Below, one piece after another: positions 8,543 through 12,819 of a DNA stretch of 12,819 nucleotides. The notes below the pieces were generated by a model. That model had not been told where the DNA came from, made no database searches, and worked only from the letters and a program-made list of their open reading frames with translations. The position numbers and the translations under genes were made by a program. The stretch lies in IMG/VR virus record IMGVR_UViG_3300030021_000014; one strand, written 5' to 3'. Every line of letters starts with the position of its first letter. The stretch's first letter is position 1. The stretch comes from a virus. Its lineage: Duplodnaviria; Heunggongvirae; Uroviricota; Caudoviricetes.

Positions 8543-8898
8543 TACTGGTAATCCCCTTCTTCACCGTGGAACTCAAGATCAACCGTGCCTTCTTCGGCAT
8601 TATGGTTCGCTTCGCCGTGCAGCCAGGCGGACGACAATACATAGACCTGACCGTTCGCCAGCTCGGCAGTGATGGTCATCTCATCAGACGAGGTGATTTT
8701 GCTCACCGGAAAATTCTTCGGCACCTTGAAGGTCCCTTTGACATAAGGCGCACGGTGAGTTTCCTTGCGGTCCACTGAACCGTCCAGGCCGATGATGTCA
8801 TCATTGACCGTCCTGTTCATGGGCACCTCAATGCCGCCGGTCAGCGATAGCTGCTGACCGTCAATTTTGAAATAACAGGTTCCCCCGATACGGGCCAT
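8542..8898 (-). CDS. Tail tube protein (Mu gpM-like)
   Basis: 118 aa, immediately downstream of the sheath with TAATG coupling; typical size and position for a contractile-tail tube protein. Confidence 0.8.
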   Translation of the reverse strand: MARIGGTCYFKIDGQQLSLTGGIEVPMNRTVNDDIIGLDGSVDRKETHRAPYVKGTFKVPKNFPVSKITSSDEMTITAELANGQVYVLSSAWLHGEANHNAEEGTVDLEFHGEEGDYQ

Positions 8899-10394
8899 TA
8901 TGCAGACTCCTCTGAATACTGAAGACGGAACTGGTTAACCACGGCAAAGACACGCAACTGGTTAACATAGTCAGACGGGAACAGCGTGTTCAGGCGGTTC
9001 GGATCGCTGGCATCACGCTCCACAACCAGGTACTGCTTAAACAGTTCGTAGTTTTCCACGATCCCCGCACGCTCAAGCTGACGGTAGGTTGCCAGCAGTT
9101 CCCCTTTGATCACCGCCGGTGTGACAATCGCCTGACCGGGACCAAAGCGGGTACCGTCGCTGGCAAGCTTGTGACGCCCGTACTTACTGGTAATGACGGA
9201 TTTCAGTTTGCGCAGCACATACGCGCTGGTATGCAGCGTCTCGCTGTCGAGGTAGCTGTTATCCGCAACACCGTAAGCGTTTTTCCTGTACGTGGTGACA
9301 TCACGCTGAATGCGCAGCACCCCGCTTTCGACATACGCCGTTGCCACGCCATGAGACAGCAGGGTCTGTTGTTCGGTCATCGTGAACCGTTTCCCCTTCG
9401 GCGCAGGCAGCATACCCACCAGCTCACCGGTCTGCGTGGGACGTGCCGGATCGTTGCGAATAAACACCGCTGCGCGGGCGGTACGGCTTGCCGCCAGCTC
9501 GTCGGCAGGCGTCTGGGTCTCTTTTTCGTATCCCGCCAGGGTAATGTGCTGCTGGTTAAACTGGTCACCTGCGTTCACCAGTTCTGACAGCGTGCCGATC
9601 TTTGCCGTATACACATGACCATACAGCTGACGCGCATAGCTCCAGCGACCGCTGGTATCGTTCATCTCTGTCACCAGCGTGTTAACGGAGGCCGTGTCGT
9701 TGAACGGCAGGCCAATATAATCAAACGGCTCATCCGCCATTGCAGCCACCGCGCCGGTGAGAACCGGAGCGCCCGTTCCGGCGCTCCCCGTCGCCACAGC
9801 AATCTGTACGCCCGCTGGCAGCACTTCGCCCCCACCAAAGCCGTAGTAATTGAGGCTGACAGGAATTTCATTCCCGCAAAGCCCCTTATGACGCGCGGTC
9901 AGCGTGACCACGCCTGCCGAAGATGAGGCCGTAAACGGCAGGGCCGGAACGGCATTAATGGCATCTTTGATACTGCTGGCAATCGTCGTGACGTTATCGC
10001 CGTTGGTCACCGGTGCCTGCACGCGGGTACGTCCCACATAAACATTCACCGTGCCGGTTTCGGTTGCCGCCCCGGTCACCGTCAGCGTAACCGTTGCCGC
10101 CGCGCCCGTTGATTCAGGAACGGCAATTACATACAGTTCACCAAACGGGTCGGTCTGGCGATAAGCCTCGACCATACGCGCCAGCTGACTTCCCGCACCA
10201 CAAATCTGGCGTGCATAGTCTGCCGACGGCATCAGCACCAGACTGTTGGCAACAATCTCTGCACCGTTATTGGCATGACCAATCAGCAGCGATGCTCCGC
10301 TGTCCTGTGCAGTATTCGCAGCCTGGTTATCCATTTCCGCATAAAACAGCGGAACCAGCGTATTCGACGGAATGGTGTTAAAGCTTATCGTCAT
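8898..10394 (-). CDS. Tail sheath protein (Mu gpL-like)
   Basis: 498 aa (MTISFNTIPSNT...); size, composition and position upstream of the tube gene. Confidence 0.9.
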   Translation of the reverse strand: MTISFNTIPSNTLVPLFYAEMDNQAANTAQDSGASLLIGHANNGAEIVANSLVLMPSADYARQICGAGSQLARMVEAYRQTDPFGELYVIAVPESTGAAATVTLTVTGAATETGTVNVYVGRTRVQAPVTNGDNVTTIASSIKDAINAVPALPFTASSSAGVVTLTARHKGLCGNEIPVSLNYYGFGGGEVLPAGVQIAVATGSAGTGAPVLTGAVAAMADEPFDYIGLPFNDTASVNTLVTEMNDTSGRWSYARQLYGHVYTAKIGTLSELVNAGDQFNQQHITLAGYEKETQTPADELAASRTARAAVFIRNDPARPTQTGELVGMLPAPKGKRFTMTEQQTLLSHGVATAYVESGVLRIQRDVTTYRKNAYGVADNSYLDSETLHTSAYVLRKLKSVITSKYGRHKLASDGTRFGPGQAIVTPAVIKGELLATYRQLERAGIVENYELFKQYLVVERDASDPNRLNTLFPSDYVNQLRVFAVVNQFRLQYSEESA

Positions 10395-10548
10395 CGGTGT
10401 TCACCTTTTTATTCACGCGCCGGATATCACCCGCTGCTTCACGGCGCAGCCAGTAGTTGTTCTCATCAACATTTCGCCCTTCGGCGGGCAAAAGGTCGCC
10501 GTGGGCAGGGTCAGGCACTGACCGCCCTTTAACAGGTTTCACAAACAT
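10378..10548 (-). CDS. Small conserved phage protein (56 aa) upstream of the sheath gene; not in the supplied ORF track
   Basis: Hand-translated: ATG at 10548 with GAGGA 5 nt upstream, overlapping the preceding stop; MFVKPVKGRSVPDPAHGDLLPAEGRNVDENNYWLRREAAGDIRRVNKKVNTDDKL; stop TAA at 10378-10380, overlapping the sheath start by 17 nt. Fills an otherwise unexplained 160-nt gap in a tightly packed operon. Confidence 0.5.
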   Translation of the reverse strand: MFVKPVKGRSVPDPAHGDLLPAEGRNVDENNYWLRREAAGDIRRVNKKVNTDDDKL

Positions 10549-10556
10549 GATGATCC

Positions 10557-11117
10557 TCAGGAAGGAAGGGGTATTTCGGTGTGATGTTCGATATCGCCGT
10601 CAGGCCCGTTACCGGGATCGAGATAATCAACATCAATCGCCAGCGTTCGCAGTTCATCCAGACTGTTCAGGTCATCCTGCTGGCGGGTATCGTCTTCGGT
10701 CAGCTCGCTGATGACCGAAAAATCGAACTGATAAATCAGCTCATGACGATTCAGATCCAGCAGCGTGCCGCCGTCATAGGTAATCGGGTTACCACACGCT
10801 TCCGGGTTCCAGCCCAGCAGAGCCTTAAAGAGCATCTGCCGGACATCGTCCACCACATCATACGAGGCAAACTGACCGCGCTCATCACGCCCGTTACTCA
10901 GTATGACAACCACGGAGAAGCCCTCTTTCAGCTCCTGCCAGTAGTCGGTCTGGCTTTTGTTTTCTCCCGGAGAGTCATCACCCGGTACCACATATGCCGC
11001 CGGGAGCTTCAGCTTTCCGACCTCCGGCAGATTTTTGAACTGGGCCGCGCCTGCCACCCGGTTTTCAAAATACGGACAGCGGGCACGCAGCGCAGCAATA
11101 ACAGGAGTCAGTTTCAT
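10557..11117 (-). CDS. Tail terminator / completion candidate (Gp37-family-like)
   Basis: 186 aa; ATGA overlap with the gp10-like gene; function inferred from its position between head-tail joining genes and the sheath. Confidence 0.55.
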   Translation of the reverse strand: MKLTPVIAALRARCPYFENRVAGAAQFKNLPEVGKLKLPAAYVVPGDDSPGENKSQTDYWQELKEGFSVVVILSNGRDERGQFASYDVVDDVRQMLFKALLGWNPEACGNPITYDGGTLLDLNRHELIYQFDFSVISELTEDDTRQQDDLNSLDELRTLAIDVDYLDPGNGPDGDIEHHTEIPLPS

Positions 11118-11620
11118 CTGTGTCGTCGCTCCGGCTTCAGTGATTTACGCAATTCCCGCGCCAGAAAATAGCGTGTCCAGCTGCGGTTCTTTTCAAGCGT
11201 TTCCACCATGAAGTTATTACGTGGAGCCAGTCGCCAGCCGCTGCCACCGGATGCACCACGATGATGGCTGCGACGACGCTTTGCCCCTCGCCTCACGCCA
11301 TAGAACAAAAAAGCCGGATAAAAATCACCGGTGATACGGCGGTTTCCCTCTCCATTACGCTGGTTAGGGGCTATACGTGCCATAAAACCAGGGCGATGTT
11401 TACTGGCTCTGGGTACCATGTAACCAATCGAACGAGCCAGGCGTCCGGTCTGATAACCGGGGTTTTCACCCGGTGCCGACCGCGCACGGCGCATCACCAG
11501 CCGACGGGCATCACGCATATGACGCTGACCAATCGTGACAAACGCCCGCCGGACACGGGCGCGGTTAAAGCGCATCTCCGCGGGCTGCTGAAAATCAACG
11601 TGCAAAAAGGAAGTCGTCAT
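11114..11620 (-). CDS. HK97 gp10-family head-tail joining protein
   Basis: 168 aa, basic; GGAGG 5-6 nt upstream of ATG at 11620; position after the head closure gene. Confidence 0.65.
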   Translation of the reverse strand: MTTSFLHVDFQQPAEMRFNRARVRRAFVTIGQRHMRDARRLVMRRARSAPGENPGYQTGRLARSIGYMVPRASKHRPGFMARIAPNQRNGEGNRRITGDFYPAFLFYGVRRGAKRRRSHHRGASGGSGWRLAPRNNFMVETLEKNRSWTRYFLARELRKSLKPERRHR

Positions 11621-12005
11621 TGTTGCCTCCGTGACTCTGCCTACATTCGCCCAGCTCCGTACACTCCAGCAGCAGAAAGCGCCGCGCCCCGTTCAGATCG
11701 CGCTGACGTTTCACCCGGTACACACTGTCACCGCAGACCACCTCATAATCAGCGGTGATCCCCCGGCGGTAACGAATGGTGATGTAATGGGTGATGGCGT
11801 CCCCGGTCTGCGCGGTTTCCTGCCAGGTGGTGGCACTGGTCTGGATAACCTTCGCCCATGTCCGGAACGTAACCGGGTATTGAGGCTCCACGCCAAAGTT
11901 ATCCGCGGGCATATCCACCCGCAGGCGGATCAGGACGCGTTTATTCAGTTCACCGGGGTCCGGCAGAATGTAGGTTGCGCTGGTCTGCGCCTGACGAATT
12001 TTCAT
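11595..12005 (-). CDS. Head closure / head-tail adaptor protein
   Basis: 136 aa; ATGA overlap with the connector gene; conserved connector-closure-gp10 order of HK97-like head modules. Confidence 0.65.
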   Translation of the reverse strand: MKIRQAQTSATYILPDPGELNKRVLIRLRVDMPADNFGVEPQYPVTFRTWAKVIQTSATTWQETAQTGDAITHYITIRYRRGITADYEVVCGDSVYRVKRQRDLNGARRFLLLECTELGECRQSHGGNNDDFLFAR

Positions 12006-12325
12006 TGCGGAAAGTACCTGTACGGGCCGACAAGCCAGCCAAAACTCTGCGGCATGTCGAGTTTCTCCACTTCCGTAACCGACGAGCGGTTTTCGTAAAA
12101 ATGGCTGATAAGCATCAGCATCCCCAGACGAATATCATCCGGCAGGTGCAGCCCGTCCGGATCGCTGTCCGGAATGGTTTCATCCGGTGCATAGAGCTTC
12201 CGGTTCAGATACGTTTCCGTCCGCTTTTGTGCCGCACATGCCAGCAGTTGCAGATGGCGGTCATCAGTATCGAAATCCTCATCCAGCCGGAGTTGGGCTT
12301 TAATCTCTTCCATTGTCAGAAGCAT
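12002..12325 (-). CDS. gp6-like head-tail connector protein
   Basis: 107 aa; N-terminus MLLTMEEIKAQLRLD resembles the recalled gp6-like connector signature; AGAGGG upstream. Confidence 0.7.
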   Translation of the reverse strand: MLLTMEEIKAQLRLDEDFDTDDRHLQLLACAAQKRTETYLNRKLYAPDETIPDSDPDGLHLPDDIRLGMLMLISHFYENRSSVTEVEKLDMPQSFGWLVGPYRYFPQ

Positions 12326-12327
12326 AC

Positions 12328-12528
12328 TCAGCCCTCTTTACTGGTCGTGGCTTTTTTCTCTTTTGCCGCTTTACTGCTTTTTGCACTGATTCCGCGCTCT
12401 GCTAACCCGGCCTGAAGTGCAATCTCCTGCACCCGGGCAGGAAGCGCCCCGTCGTCATACTCACCGGCCCGAATGACCTCAACACGCATACCGTCCGGTG
12501 ACCATTTCAGATCTTGTTTCAGGATCAT
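12328..12528 (-). CDS. Hypothetical small head-module protein with lysine-rich C-terminal tail
   Basis: 66 aa ORF between the capsid and connector genes; its stop abuts the connector start. The RBS is weak and I do not recognise a family. Confidence 0.45.
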   Translation of the reverse strand: MILKQDLKWSPDGMRVEVIRAGEYDDGALPARVQEIALQAGLAERGISAKSSKAAKEKKATTSKEG

Positions 12529-12550
12529 GATTCTTCACCCGTCAGAACAG

Positions 12551-12570
12551 GGGGCGCGGTTCCGCGCCCC
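12551..12570 (-). promoter_or_regulatory. Perfect GC-rich hairpin just after the major capsid stop codon
   Basis: GGGGCGCG-GTTC-CGCGCCCC: 8-9 bp all-GC stem, 7 nt after the capsid stop and 22 nt before the next ATG. No clean U-tract follows on the minus strand (CUGUUCUG). Confidence 0.4.
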
Positions 12571-12577
12571 TGAGTGA

Positions 12578-12819
12578 TTACGCCGCTGCAATCTTCAGCA
12601 GTTTGATGGCCTGCGAATCGACCAGCATCCCGCCGGTGCGCTTGGTGGTATAAAAACCGACAAACGGTTTATTGGTGTACGGGTCACGCAGAATGCGGGT
12701 GCCGATACGGTCAACGATGGTGTAACCCCGTTTGAAGTTACCAAATGCAATGGCTTTCGCATCAGCGGCGATATCCGGCATCTGTTCGTTTTCAGCGATA
12801 CCGTAACCCGCCAGAGAGG
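12578..12819 (-). CDS. Major capsid protein (HK97 fold), C-terminal portion; 5' end beyond the window
   Basis: Open frame runs to the window edge. C-terminal sequence ...DPYTNKPFVGFYTTKRTGGMLVDSQAIKLLKIAAA resembles recalled HK97-type capsid C-termini; lies immediately upstream of the connector genes. Confidence 0.65.
   Translation of the reverse strand, partial: SLAGYGIAENEQMPDIAADAKAIAFGNFKRGYTIVDRIGTRILRDPYTNKPFVGFYTTKRTGGMLVDSQAIKLLKIAAA

Larger units (their letters stand above)
1..12819 (-). mobile_element. Prophage late region (Mu-like contractile tail module plus HK97-type head-completion genes); extends beyond both window ends
   Basis: Continuous run of minus-strand ORFs with overlapping stop/start junctions (ATGA, TAATG) in canonical head-to-tail-to-baseplate-to-fiber order; individual products recognisable as phage structural families. 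Confidence 0.85.

Noticed and set aside
10581-11171. Plus-strand ORF of 196 aa antisense to the Gp37-like and gp10-like genes
   Set aside because: Same reasoning: it fully overlaps coupled structural genes on the other strand, has low-complexity R/Q/I-rich composition and no start context.
1-12819. CRISPR arrays, tRNA or rRNA genes, insertion sequences or cargo genes
   Set aside because: I saw no direct-repeat and spacer periodicity, no tRNA-like cloverleaf candidates, no transposase-like ORFs and no non-structural cargo. The window is fully accounted for by phage structural genes.

Overview
The whole window reads as the late (head-completion and tail) region of a Mu-like / SfV-e14-type contractile-tailed enterobacterial prophage. 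Almost all of it is one tightly coupled minus-strand operon: major capsid (3' end only), head-tail connector, head closure, HK97-gp10-like protein, tail terminator candidate, a small unlisted ORF, sheath, tube, tail assembly chaperone with a -1 frameshift extension, tape measure, Mu N/gp43-like, P/gp44-like, spike, gp46-like, baseplate J and gp48-like proteins, and a 191-aa tail fiber. The left end carries a convergent plus-strand cassette: the C-terminus of a second tail-fiber variable domain plus a tail fiber assembly chaperone. The most interesting signal is a 26-bp Hin/Gin/Pin/Cin-type crossover site in the middle of the minus-strand tail fiber gene, which implies an invertible host-range switch whose second site and invertase lie beyond the left edge. 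All family assignments are from recalled protein signatures and gene order; no database search was run.
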